A stretch of DNA of 58,222 bases, taken from positions 1-58,222 of the IMG/VR virus record IMGVR_UViG_3300045978_000161; one strand, given 5' to 3'. Made by a program: the position numbers and the translations under genes. Each line of letters begins with the position of its first letter. The first letter of the stretch is position 1. A model generated the notes under the pieces. It was not told where the DNA came from, did no database searches, and saw only the letters and a program-made list of their open reading frames with translations. Origin of the DNA: a virus. Its lineage: Duplodnaviria; Caudoviricetes. Below are positions 35,143 through 44,506 of this stretch, in pieces.

Positions 35143-37814
35143 CAGCGCCCTCCTAACAATCGTTTCAGTGTCACCGAGTTCTTGCTGATGACGTTCATGA
35201 TCGCCCGTTCGCCGGACGCGGAGTTGATCCCGTCGGCGACCAGGTTCTCGTCGACCAGGTTGACGATGCGGATGCCCTGGGTGCCGGAAGCCTGCGCGCC
35301 GGCGGGCGTGCTGACAGGTGGACCCACCTGGCCGCCGGTGGCGAAGCGCGGCGCGCGCATCACATCGCGGAGCCGCAAGCGACCGGCGTTCCACGCGCGC
35401 ATGAAATTGAGCGCGCCCGGCTCCATGAGCCTCGCCTTGCGCAGCACGAATTCGCCCTCTTGCGCGAGGATCGGGATTTTGTCCGGCCCCGGGATCGGGA
35501 GCCTTGGGCCGGCAACATCGCCGCCGCCGACATAGCCGCGGATGCGGCCGCCGTACTGCGCCAGGCCCGCGCCGACGCCGGTCAATCCGGATCCGGCCTG
35601 CGTCGCGCCGCCGGCGCCGCCACCGAAGGCGCTGAACAAGGTGCGCACCAGGGCGAGCGTCGCCTGCTGCGCGATGATCTCGGCCACCATCCGGCGCAGC
35701 GAGTCGACCACACTGCGCGCCAGAGACTTGAAGGCGTCGCCGATGTCCTCGATCTTGTCGGCGTTCGCGAGGAAATCCTCCAGGCCCGACTGGAAGGCGT
35801 CGATGCCGGCGTTGCGGAACTGCGTGGCGAAGTCGGTCGCGGCCTTGTAGCTCAACGCGATCTGATCCACCGACGCGGCGAACTCGCGCGCCTTCTTTAT
35901 CTGCTCCTCGTTGCCCGACGCTTCGGCCGCCGCGAGCATCGCCTGCGCGAGCTGCTGGAGCAGCTCCAGCCGCTGCTGTTCCAGGTCCAGGATTGCGCGC
36001 TCGCCCTCGGCCTGGCTGCGCAAGCCGAGTTCGACGTCGTTGCGGATCTGCTCCTGGTCGCGCTGGAAGGCTTCGAGCGCATCACTGCCCTGTCGCTGCA
36101 GCTCATCGAAGTTGAACGCCTGCTCCGACAGCGCGCGCACCCTGTTGACGGTGGCCTCGATCTCCGCGGCCGTCTGCCCGGCGCGGATCCCAAGCTCGCG
36201 GATCTGCTCCAGCTCCAATTCGAGGTTGTTCTGGAAGGCCTGGTGCCGGTTGCCCTCCAGGTCCGCGAGCTTCGTCTGCAGCTCCAGCTGCTGCTGGCCG
36301 AGTTCTTTTCGTGCGGCCGCCTCGTCGGCGTCGATCTGCGCCAGCTCGCGCGCGGACGCGACCCGCTGCCGGGCGATCTGCGCATCGAGCTGCGCGAGCT
36401 GCTGGCGCAGCTTGATGCGATCGGCCTCATCCTCCGGGCCACCTTCCGTGCTGCTCGAGTTCAGCTGCGAGACGAGTGCGGCGCGCTGCGCCTTCAAGGC
36501 CTGCAGTTCGACCGCGTTCTCCCGCTCCTGCAGCTCGCGCCGGCGGGCGAAGAATTGCTGCAGGGAGATCAGGCCCTGGTCGTAGGCGTTCTGATTCTCC
36601 TGATTCAGCGTTTTCAGGTGCTCTTGCTGCAGCTTCAGCTCATCGTCGAAGGCCTGCTTGCTGGCGGCGCGCTGCGCGGCCGCGGCCTTGCGCGCGGCAT
36701 CCAGCGCAAAGTTCGGATCCACGCCGAGTGGGGTGGCGGACTTCTTGGGCGGCTCGTCGGTGGTCAGCTTGTCGAACGCGCCGCGGATGTCCTCCGCGGC
36801 CGCAAGATCAATCTCCGCTCGCTCGCGGGCGCTGCGCTCGAATGCGGCGGCCGCACCCTCAAAGTCGCCCTTCGCGATCGCCTTGCCCGCGTCAATGATC
36901 GCGCTGACGAAGCTCACGACCTTCGCGGTCACCGCGCCGATGGTCCTGCCGACGCTCACGAACAGGAACGTGACCGTCTTGATCACGATGCCGATGGCCT
37001 GGCCGAGCACCTTGAAGCCGTTGGTGGCGCCCGTGGTCGCGCCCGTTATTGTCTCCATGGAGTCGGCGACCGCCGGCGCCAGGCCCGACAGGAACTGAGT
37101 GGCGACGCCTTCGGCCTGCAGGCCGATCGTCTGCAGTGAGTCGTTGGCGCGCGCGGCCGCGTCGGCGAGATCTGCGTCGATGAGTACGCCGAGTTCCTTC
37201 GCCTTCGCGATGAAGGCGTCGATGCCCTGCTCGCCCACCGCCTTCAGTGCGGTTGTGAGCTCGCCGGCGCCGCGGCCGAAGATGCGCTGCGCGGCGGCCG
37301 CGCGGTCGGCCGCGTTCGGGATCGCGGCGAGCTTGCGCGCAATCTCCTCCAGTGCTCGAGGCGCGGAGAGATTGCCGAACTTCGCGATGTCGACGCCGAT
37401 CGCGGCAAGGTTGTCCTTTGCCTCCTGGCTGCCGGCGGCCACCTGGCCCATGATGTTGGTCGTCTTGAACAGCGCGGTCTGCAGGCCTTCCTGGGACGAC
37501 TGGTTCTGCCGGAACGCGAGCGTCAGGCCCGACACTTCTTCGACGGTGCCTCCGACGGATGCGGCGAGCTTGCCGGTCTTGTCGGCGGTGTCGAGCGCCG
37601 CCTTGCCGAGCGCGATCATGCCGGCGACCGCGGCCGCGAGACCGATCGCGGGAAGGACTGACTTCAGCTCCTGGGCAGCCTGCTTGACCAGGCCGAGCTT
37701 CTTGCCGGCGTTGTCGCCGGATTTCTTCGATTCGTTTTCGATCTTCCGCAGCGCCGCGATGACTTCGTTGATGCCTTCGGGCGAGAGACGGACGCGAATG
37801 TCTGGGGTGCTCAT
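35142..37814 (-). CDS. Tape measure protein
   Basis: 890 aa, Ala-rich coiled coil; GPDKIPILAQEGEFVL...FATGG C-terminus. Confidence 0.95.
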   Translation of the reverse strand: MSTPDIRVRLSPEGINEVIAALRKIENESKKSGDNAGKKLGLVKQAAQELKSVLPAIGLAAAVAGMIALGKAALDTADKTGKLAASVGGTVEEVSGLTLAFRQNQSSQEGLQTALFKTTNIMGQVAAGSQEAKDNLAAIGVDIAKFGNLSAPRALEEIARKLAAIPNAADRAAAAQRIFGRGAGELTTALKAVGEQGIDAFIAKAKELGVLIDADLADAAARANDSLQTIGLQAEGVATQFLSGLAPAVADSMETITGATTGATNGFKVLGQAIGIVIKTVTFLFVSVGRTIGAVTAKVVSFVSAIIDAGKAIAKGDFEGAAAAFERSARERAEIDLAAAEDIRGAFDKLTTDEPPKKSATPLGVDPNFALDAARKAAAAQRAASKQAFDDELKLQQEHLKTLNQENQNAYDQGLISLQQFFARRRELQERENAVELQALKAQRAALVSQLNSSSTEGGPEDEADRIKLRQQLAQLDAQIARQRVASARELAQIDADEAAARKELGQQQLELQTKLADLEGNRHQAFQNNLELELEQIRELGIRAGQTAAEIEATVNRVRALSEQAFNFDELQRQGSDALEAFQRDQEQIRNDVELGLRSQAEGERAILDLEQQRLELLQQLAQAMLAAAEASGNEEQIKKAREFAASVDQIALSYKAATDFATQFRNAGIDAFQSGLEDFLANADKIEDIGDAFKSLARSVVDSLRRMVAEIIAQQATLALVRTLFSAFGGGAGGATQAGSGLTGVGAGLAQYGGRIRGYVGGGDVAGPRLPIPGPDKIPILAQEGEFVLRKARLMEPGALNFMRAWNAGRLRLRDVMRAPRFATGGQVGPPVSTPAGAQASGTQGIRIVNLVDENLVADGINSASGERAIMNVISKNSVTLKRLLGGR

Positions 37815-38535
37815 TTGTCCTGCCTCAACAGAAGTTTCGGGATCTCAGGCACGTCGACACCTTTGCTGCCGGCGAAACAAACGCGCACCTGATACATCAG
37901 CTGCCGGTGCCGCAGATCCTCCCGTAAATGCTCGCGTGACACCTCCAGGTAACTGATCAGCACCTCACTCAGCGGCCACCGCTGCACGACCAGGGCCCGC
38001 GCGAAGTCGTGCAGCGCGACTTCGCGGACGATCGTCTCCCAGTCGCCGAGGTGCCTCAGTGCGCCGCGGGCGGGTGGCCTGGCTGGCTCTTTTTCGTCCG
38101 GGTCAGCATCGTCTCCGCTCGCTCTAAATAGCTCTGGGAACGATTCAGCGATGCGATGCCTTCCCGAAAAAAATAGATGTTCACCTGGAAGGCGAGACGG
38201 AAAACCTCCTCGCGATCGGCGCGCGCTGTCAGCCCCCTGATGAACTTGGCGGTCGCGGCCGCCAGCTGCTCATCCCAGTCGGTTTCCGTCTTGCCCACCG
38301 GCAGGAGGAATCCGCCTAACAGCTCCGGAAGTTTCAGCGTGTCGGTGACCCGCGCCTGCAGGCGCACTTGGTACTCGATGTCCGTCTCGCCTTCGTTGAA
38401 TGGAAGCGGAAGATCCAGCCCTGTGCTCCGCATCAGGGCGTGGATGTACGCTTCGTTGGCGACCGTGATCACGTCGTAGTTCACGACGTTGAACAGCCGA
38501 TCGCCGAGCTTGATGTCCCCAGTCATCGCGGTCAT
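37811..38535 (-). CDS. Tail assembly chaperone gpGT-like (-1 frameshift product)
   Basis: The -1 frame is open from the T7 run (38173-38167) to a TGA overlapping the tape-measure ATG. Confidence 0.75.
38056..38535 (-). CDS. Tail assembly chaperone gpG-like
   Basis: Between tail tube and tape measure; contains TAT TTT TTT. Confidence 0.8.
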   Translation of the reverse strand: MTAMTGDIKLGDRLFNVVNYDVITVANEAYIHALMRSTGLDLPLPFNEGETDIEYQVRLQARVTDTLKLPELLGGFLLPVGKTETDWDEQLAAATAKFIRGLTARADREEVFRLAFQVNIYFFREGIASLNRSQSYLERAETMLTRTKKSQPGHPPAAH

Positions 38536-38541
38536 GGCGGG

Positions 38542-39324
38542 TTACCGCACTCGATCGAGGGTGCCGAACGGATCGTTGGGGTGATTGGCGGCGTCCGACA
38601 ACACACCCATCGTCAGCTGGAAGCTGCCGAACTCGTCGCTGATCACGTTGAGTTCGCCTTCGGGCGCGACGCTGCAGCGCCAGATCTCCAGCCGATCGCG
38701 TGCCGCGTCGCCGTCCTGGTTGGCGTCGTCCGCCAGGTACAGGAGGTGACAGATCGGCGCCGCATCGCGCGCGAGCCGGATCTGGTCGATCGTCTTGGCC
38801 GGGATGTCGTAGGTGACGACGAGATCCATGCCCACCTCGACGGCGCCGCCGGCGAGGATGCCGATGAGCCCGGCGTCCGCGTACAGCTGATAGTCGGTGC
38901 CGGCGACGAGTGCGATCGAGCCGTCCGCCTGGATCGACACGTTCGTGACCTGGCGAGCCTCCAGATCCAGGTATTTGCCGGGCGCGACGAGATCACCATC
39001 GAAGTTCTTGGTGGCGCCGTTCTGCAAGGCCTGGAGCTTCTCGTTGCTCGTGCCGAGCAGAAACTTCTTCAGGTTGTTGAGCGTGTATTCGCTCAGGGTG
39101 GCCGTGAGTGTGTACGCGATGCGCGTCACCGCTTCGGCGATCAGGGGCGCGGATCGCTCCGTGCTCGAGAACAGCTGGGCCTTCGTGACATCGGCCGACA
39201 GCGTGATCGCCGTCGCGTTGCCCATGAAATCGAAGCCCTGGTGGTCACCATCGCTGGTGAGCGTGTCGAGCAAGAGGGAACCCTTGCCGAGCTTTACTTT
39301 CGTGCCATCTGCGGGAAGGGGCAT
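38542..39324 (-). CDS. Major tail tube protein
   Basis: ATG 39324 after AGGAG; LGKGSLL...FMGNA; PEGELNVISDEFG. Confidence 0.85.
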   Translation of the reverse strand: MPLPADGTKVKLGKGSLLLDTLTSDGDHQGFDFMGNATAITLSADVTKAQLFSSTERSAPLIAEAVTRIAYTLTATLSEYTLNNLKKFLLGTSNEKLQALQNGATKNFDGDLVAPGKYLDLEARQVTNVSIQADGSIALVAGTDYQLYADAGLIGILAGGAVEVGMDLVVTYDIPAKTIDQIRLARDAAPICHLLYLADDANQDGDAARDRLEIWRCSVAPEGELNVISDEFGSFQLTMGVLSDAANHPNDPFGTLDRVR

Positions 39325-39450
39325 GTTCGCGACTCCTGTGGATGTGGATGTGACGCGCCCGCCCACCGGCGGCCGCCGTGCGGGTGAAATATACCCGGCC
39401 GGCGCCGGATTGCGGTTTCGCTTCGCGCGCGATCGCCGGTGCGCACTCCT

Positions 39451-40164
39451 CTATATGCGGTAGTGCTCGCGGATCCAGGGGCAGCGCTCCTGCACCTCCG
39501 GCGTCCAGGGATCCTCCTTGCCGTGGAAGTTGATCGCGCGCAGGTTCGCCGGCAGCGGCGCCCGGCCGTTCTGCAGGTGCACGCGCCAGGAGTAGACGCC
39601 ATCCTTCTCCGGCGACCATTTGGCTTCCCCGGGTCCGAGACATGCGCCGATCCAGGCCTGATCCGAGCCGATGTAACCGAGCGCCTTGGCCCGCGCCGGC
39701 GACGTCGCCGGATCGAACTCGTGCCACACCTTTGAGCGGCAGCCGGCGCGCATCATGGTCATCGCGCCGTTGTAGGGCGTGTTGCGGGCGGTGTCGCCGC
39801 AGATCACGAAATCCTCCGGGCGGTGCCACAGCGGTGCCAGCGCGTCGACGAAAAGCCAGTCGAGATCCAGACTGACAAACCAGGGACCCAAGATGTCGGC
39901 CGCGCTCTCGTCGTAGATCTTCAGGCGCCGATAGCAGTTGACGCCGTTCGGCCCTTTCAGCTCGTGATGGTCGTCCCAGACCGGCACGATCCGGATGTCG
40001 CCGTCGATGCCGGCAGGATCGTCGGTGATGCACACGAATTCGTGCGGGAACGGGTAGTGCCGGTCCACCTGCGCACGAAGGTGATTGACGTGCGAGGCCT
40101 GGGGATCGCGCCGATCGCCCGGCGGTGGCCGCCACTTCCAAGTCGCAATGACGAGCTTTTCCAT
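39451..40164 (-). CDS. Glycosyltransferase (GT-A fold)
   Basis: FVCITDD; SLDLD (DxD); GSDQAWI; FHGKEDPW. Confidence 0.8.
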   Translation of the reverse strand: MEKLVIATWKWRPPPGDRRDPQASHVNHLRAQVDRHYPFPHEFVCITDDPAGIDGDIRIVPVWDDHHELKGPNGVNCYRRLKIYDESAADILGPWFVSLDLDWLFVDALAPLWHRPEDFVICGDTARNTPYNGAMTMMRAGCRSKVWHEFDPATSPARAKALGYIGSDQAWIGACLGPGEAKWSPEKDGVYSWRVHLQNGRAPLPANLRAINFHGKEDPWTPEVQERCPWIREHYRI

Positions 40165-40165
40165 G

Positions 40166-41584
40166 TCACTCGCCCGCGTGGCCTTTCACGATGTCGAACA
40201 GCTGCGAGTAGCGGTGCACGAAGCCGTCGCGCTTGTCGCGTAGATAGATCCACTTCGGCAAGATCTCAGGCTCATGCGCGCGGAGCAGTTCGCGGAACAG
40301 CGTGCACGCGCGATCGCGCGCGCCGCGGTCATACAGATAGAGCACCGCGCCGCACCGGAACCGCGGCCGCAAACCCTCCGGCAGCCGACTGGCCCAGGTG
40401 TCCCAGTTGGCTTCGATCTGCTGCGGACTCCACTCACTTCCCAGGAAGTGCTGCTCCGTCACCTCCTCTGCCGTGAAGCGCCGGGTCACGGTGAAGATGC
40501 CGGTGGTGCCCGGGTAGATCCCGCGCACGAAATCGACGATGCCGGCCTGCATGAGCACCGTCATGCAGATCACCTGGTCGTAGCTCGCGAAGTACGCGAA
40601 GTCCTGCCAGGCCATCACGTCGCCTGCCTCGAGGTGCGTGCCGAAGATCTGCAGCGCGCGCGCGATCTCGCGGAATCGCTTCGGTGCATCGGCGATCAGG
40701 CAGGAGATCCGCCCACCTTTCCAGTTGGCCGCGATGATCTCGCCCTTGTGGATCTCGACCAGGCTGCGCAGCGGTCCCAGGTTGACGGCGGCCTGTTCCT
40801 CCATCGGCCGTTCGAGCTTGCCGCCGGCCTTGTATTCGTGGATCGCCTGCCAGCGGAACCGATCGTAGGTGTGCATCGGTCGGGCCACGCCGGCGTCGCG
40901 CACACCGGCGGCGATGTAGACGGTGGCGCCCGCCAACCAGGTGCCCAGCTCCACGATCGCGCCGCGGTTCGCGCAGTCGCGTGCGAGCTCGTAATACGCG
41001 AACTTCTCCGCCGGCGTGGTCATGGACGGGATCTCGATCGCGCCGTCGTGGAGCGTCGGCTTGATCTCCACCTGCTCGATGTGGGAGAGATCCGGGCAGT
41101 CGGCGTGAATGGTGCGCACGCGCGCGAGGATCCAGGGCAGCTCCAGCAGCTTCGCGATCGCGACGCGGTGGTTGCCGTTGTTCGAGAGGATCACTTCGCC
41201 GTCACGTGCGATGAACACCTCCGGCAGCGGCGGGATCCGGCCGTCGATGCGCTCGCGGAATCCGTGATCGCGCATGTCGGCGTACAGCGGATCCACTTCG
41301 CCGTAGTACTGCTCGAGCAGCTCGTCGATCGTGGTGCACCCGCGCACCTCCTCGCCCCGACCGATGCGCACGCTGTAGATCTCCTTGAAAAGATCCGTTT
41401 CCTCCCATCGCCGGCCCTCGCGGAAGCGCTGCGCCATGGCGCGGTGCTTCGCCGCATCGTCCAGCGACATGCGCCTTGCGGTGTCCCAGTCGCCCGGGTG
41501 CCAGCCCTTCGGCAAGTCGCTAATGAAATCGAGCTTGAAGCGGATCCGCGCGGGATCCACGCGGATGATGTCGCTGTGCTGCAC
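40166..41584 (-). CDS. ParB/Srx-like domain fused to class I SAM methyltransferase
   Basis: IARDGE....NGNHRVAIAKLL; IVELGTWLAG.T...TYDRF...IADAPK. Confidence 0.75.
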   Translation of the reverse strand: MQHSDIIRVDPARIRFKLDFISDLPKGWHPGDWDTARRMSLDDAAKHRAMAQRFREGRRWEETDLFKEIYSVRIGRGEEVRGCTTIDELLEQYYGEVDPLYADMRDHGFRERIDGRIPPLPEVFIARDGEVILSNNGNHRVAIAKLLELPWILARVRTIHADCPDLSHIEQVEIKPTLHDGAIEIPSMTTPAEKFAYYELARDCANRGAIVELGTWLAGATVYIAAGVRDAGVARPMHTYDRFRWQAIHEYKAGGKLERPMEEQAAVNLGPLRSLVEIHKGEIIAANWKGGRISCLIADAPKRFREIARALQIFGTHLEAGDVMAWQDFAYFASYDQVICMTVLMQAGIVDFVRGIYPGTTGIFTVTRRFTAEEVTEQHFLGSEWSPQQIEANWDTWASRLPEGLRPRFRCGAVLYLYDRGARDRACTLFRELLRAHEPEILPKWIYLRDKRDGFVHRYSQLFDIVKGHAGE

Positions 41585-41586
41585 GG

Positions 41587-42273
41587 TCAGTCTCCCCAGA
41601 ATAAAAACGCATGGTGCCCGCTGCTCCAGCGGCAGGACTTCTCAAACCAGTTCCACACCTCGCGCGGCCGCGCCTCGTTGCTGGTGAGCGTGATGTAGAT
41701 GCGGCCGCCTGGCGCGAGCTGCGAGCGGCAGCAATCGAGAAAATAGTTCCAGGCCGTCACGTCCCAGAGTGGTGCGAGATCGAACTCGACCATGGTGGCG
41801 GTGATGCGATCGAAGGTGCCGAGCTGCGGCAGCGGCGTCATCGGCATCAGGCGATGCGGATGCTTCTCCACCCCGAAGAATTTGCACAGCCGCGTGTACA
41901 GGTGCGGCTCCGGCAGCGGCATATCCAGGCCAATCGTGTGATGGCCGCAGTAGCGCGCCGCGAGTCCCAGGTGACCCGGCCCGCAACCGATGTCCAGGAT
42001 CCGAAGCTCGCGCCAGCTGTCGGCCTGCAGGCCAGCGGCGAAGCGATCGAGCTGGCCGAACTTGTGGTGGATCCAGTACACCAGGTTCAAGTACTTGCGC
42101 ACCTGATACGGCTCGCTGCGGAAGCGGTGCTGAATCCGCGAGTACTCGATGTGATCGAGCTGCGTGCGCAGCCACCGCAGTAGATCGGCCTGCGCGATCG
42201 ACGCCGTGCGCAGCGCGTCCGACAGCGCCATGTCGAGACGCTGCTCCGCGCCGTCGATCACCTCCTGCTTCAC
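41587..42273 (-). CDS. Class I SAM-dependent methyltransferase
   Basis: ILDIGCGPG; LAPGGRIYI; GTG 42273. Confidence 0.85.
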   Translation of the reverse strand: MKQEVIDGAEQRLDMALSDALRTASIAQADLLRWLRTQLDHIEYSRIQHRFRSEPYQVRKYLNLVYWIHHKFGQLDRFAAGLQADSWRELRILDIGCGPGHLGLAARYCGHHTIGLDMPLPEPHLYTRLCKFFGVEKHPHRLMPMTPLPQLGTFDRITATMVEFDLAPLWDVTAWNYFLDCCRSQLAPGGRIYITLTSNEARPREVWNWFEKSCRWSSGHHAFLFWGD

Positions 42274-42875
42274 GGGCGCACCCCGACCACGATCGGATCG
42301 CCGTGGTCGAGTGTCGTCTCGATGCGATAGGCCGCGCCCTCCAGGAGCGCGGTCATGCCCTCGATCGCAGCCAGGAAATTGAAGCGGCCGAGTTCGCTGC
42401 GTGGCTCTTGCCGGTGCTGCTGCTGGCGGCCGCGGTTTCCACAGAGCACGATCCGCTTGACGCCGGCGGCCGCGGCCGCGGCCATGACGCGCGGTGCGTG
42501 CTCGCGCATGTAGTAGATGGCCCGCACCGCGATGAGCACGTCGACGCCGGCGAGCAATCCGAAGTTCTCCAGGATGTCGCCGCAGACGAGCTGCGCCCGG
42601 CGGGTGTCGAAGCCGAGCGTGTTCCAGCGCTGCTGCAGCCGCAGGCTCGCGTGGTGTCGATCGGGTCGCAGCTCCAGGCCGATCGCGTTGGTAACCAGGC
42701 GCTCGCGCGCGAGGAGCAGCGTGAGCACACCTTCGGCGGCGCCGATCTCCAGTGCGCACTCGCCCTTGATGTACGGAACCAGGCGCGTGTACTTCGCCGG
42801 CACCACCCCGTCACGGATGTCGGCGCCATGGCGCTTGTACGCGAGCGATGGGCGCTCGTTTTCTTCTACTGGCAT
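42270..42875 (-). CDS. Class I SAM-dependent methyltransferase
   Basis: ALEIGAAEG; IGLE; VCGDI. Confidence 0.85.
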   Translation of the reverse strand: MPVEENERPSLAYKRHGADIRDGVVPAKYTRLVPYIKGECALEIGAAEGVLTLLLARERLVTNAIGLELRPDRHHASLRLQQRWNTLGFDTRRAQLVCGDILENFGLLAGVDVLIAVRAIYYMREHAPRVMAAAAAAGVKRIVLCGNRGRQQQHRQEPRSELGRFNFLAAIEGMTALLEGAAYRIETTLDHGDPIVVGVRP

Positions 42876-43672
42876 CACGGACTCCCCAGAAAAACGGCCT
42901 TGTGGTCTCTCACCAGCGGATCCGCCTCCTTGGCGGTCAGCTCCAGCACCTCGCCGGCGTTGAACGGCCGGTGCGCGATTACACAGTCCGAAAGAGTGCG
43001 CACTGTCCGCGACCGCAAATCCCGCAACAACAATTCCCGATCGACTACAGGCTCCGGCGTTTCACGTGGATCATAGTGCGCACACTTCTCGCGGAACAGA
43101 GGGCTGCATCCGAGCGCGCGGTACTGCGCCGGAAAGACTGCTAACAAAGTGCACCACCGTTGAAGATGTTGCACTGGAGTGGCGGCGCGTCCGGACGATC
43201 GCGCTTTCGGCGCGTCGTGATACGTCGCGCCTTCCCACAGATCCATGCCCATGAGGATGATCGGCGCGCAGCCCATGAGCCGCGCGCACCAGGCCGCGGC
43301 CATGCTCGAGCTGGGGCCCGGCATGTACGTCAATCGCCAGTCGCCCCATGGGTGCCGCGAGATCACCGGCACATCCCACGGCGCACCGTCGCGCGCCGGC
43401 GGTGGCAGATCCCTCATGCCGATGTCCCGGCGGACGCGCTCCTCGATCCGGTCTGCACATACGACGTAGCTACAACGTCGTGACAGCGCCGGCCGGTCCT
43501 TCAGCAGCCGTAAGCCGTGATCGTTTACCGATAGATAGAGCGCGTCCGCCGGCGCCTGCTCGATGTGCGTCGCGAGAGAGGGCCCGCCACCCATGATCAC
43601 GGCCGCGCGGCCAGGGTGCGCGAGCACCAGGTCGCGCACCGTGCGATACGGCGGCCAGGCAGTGCGGCGCAT
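42875..43672 (-). CDS. Maf/MptE-like (GT29/GT42-related fold) transferase
   Basis: VIMGGGPSL; SVND; SSSMAAAW.A..MGCAPIILMGMD. Confidence 0.75.
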   Translation of the reverse strand: MRRTAWPPYRTVRDLVLAHPGRAAVIMGGGPSLATHIEQAPADALYLSVNDHGLRLLKDRPALSRRCSYVVCADRIEERVRRDIGMRDLPPPARDGAPWDVPVISRHPWGDWRLTYMPGPSSSMAAAWCARLMGCAPIILMGMDLWEGATYHDAPKARSSGRAATPVQHLQRWCTLLAVFPAQYRALGCSPLFREKCAHYDPRETPEPVVDRELLLRDLRSRTVRTLSDCVIAHRPFNAGEVLELTAKEADPLVRDHKAVFLGSP

Positions 43673-44118
43673 TACGCGCGCTTGGTCAGATCGTTTTTGC
43701 GGGTGTAGTAGCGGATGCGCCAGCGCGTGAGGGCGACGATCACGAACACGCCACCGTCGTTTGCTGTGGCCCAGAGCGTGTTCAGCTCGCGAACTCCGAG
43801 CGCCTTGCCAGAGAGCTTGGTGTCGCCGAGTGTTGCGACGATGTGCTCCAGCAGCGGCTCGATCGCGTCGTCTGCTTCTTCGGGCAACTCCACCGGCACG
43901 ATCGCCTGGATGAGCAGCACCATGTTCCGCTCTGTCAGTGGGCCGGAGTCGCCGCCCACCTGGTCGGCATCTTCGTCCTGGAAGAATGCGGCGAGCCGCG
44001 CGGCGCGGATCTTTTCACCGGGGATGAATCGCCGGCGCGTGCACTCCGGGACATCGGTCGGCCGATCGGTGTTGAGCTCCTGGATGGCCTGGTCGCGGAT
44101 CTCGGTGCGGACGCTCAT
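43672..44118 (-). CDS. Tail terminator (gpU-like)
   Basis: 148 aa; MSVRTEIRD; neck position. Confidence 0.7.
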   Translation of the reverse strand: MSVRTEIRDQAIQELNTDRPTDVPECTRRRFIPGEKIRAARLAAFFQDEDADQVGGDSGPLTERNMVLLIQAIVPVELPEEADDAIEPLLEHIVATLGDTKLSGKALGVRELNTLWATANDGGVFVIVALTRWRIRYYTRKNDLTKRA

Positions 44119-44435
44119 AACGCTTCTCCCAGTTCGATGATGGTTAGGCCCGACTCGTCGCCGCCTGGGAGCAGCTCGCGGAGGAATCGGAAGGATCCGT
44201 AGTTGTCGATGCTCACCAGCTCGTTGAGATCCAGCGTGCCGATCGCGTCGACGTACTGGCACTCGAATGAGATCCCGACCGTCTGCACGGCGCCGCCGGG
44301 CATCTGGATCTCGCGAGGCTGGTGGAAGAAGGCGCCCTGCACCTCGATGCTGCCGTCGATCAGTGCCACGGCCTTGACGATGCGGGATCCGAAGATCCTG
44401 CGGTCAAACATCGCCATGACGTCACGAACGGTCAT
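44115..44435 (-). CDS. Head-tail joining protein (gpFII-like)
   Basis: 106 aa, beta-rich, ends DESGLTIIEL. Confidence 0.7.
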   Translation of the reverse strand: MTVRDVMAMFDRRIFGSRIVKAVALIDGSIEVQGAFFHQPREIQMPGGAVQTVGISFECQYVDAIGTLDLNELVSIDNYGSFRFLRELLPGGDESGLTIIELGEAL

Positions 44436-44453
44436 CGCTGTCCCCTTGTGAAA

Positions 44454-44487
44454 CGGCCCTGGTGGCGCTCCCACACCACCAGGGCCG
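44454..44487 (-). terminator. Terminator/attenuator after the capsid gene
   Basis: 12-bp stem CGGCCCTGGTGG/CCACCAGGGCCG followed by TTTC on the minus strand. Confidence 0.65.
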
Positions 44488-44506
44488 GTTGGTCACCGCC
44501 TCGCGA

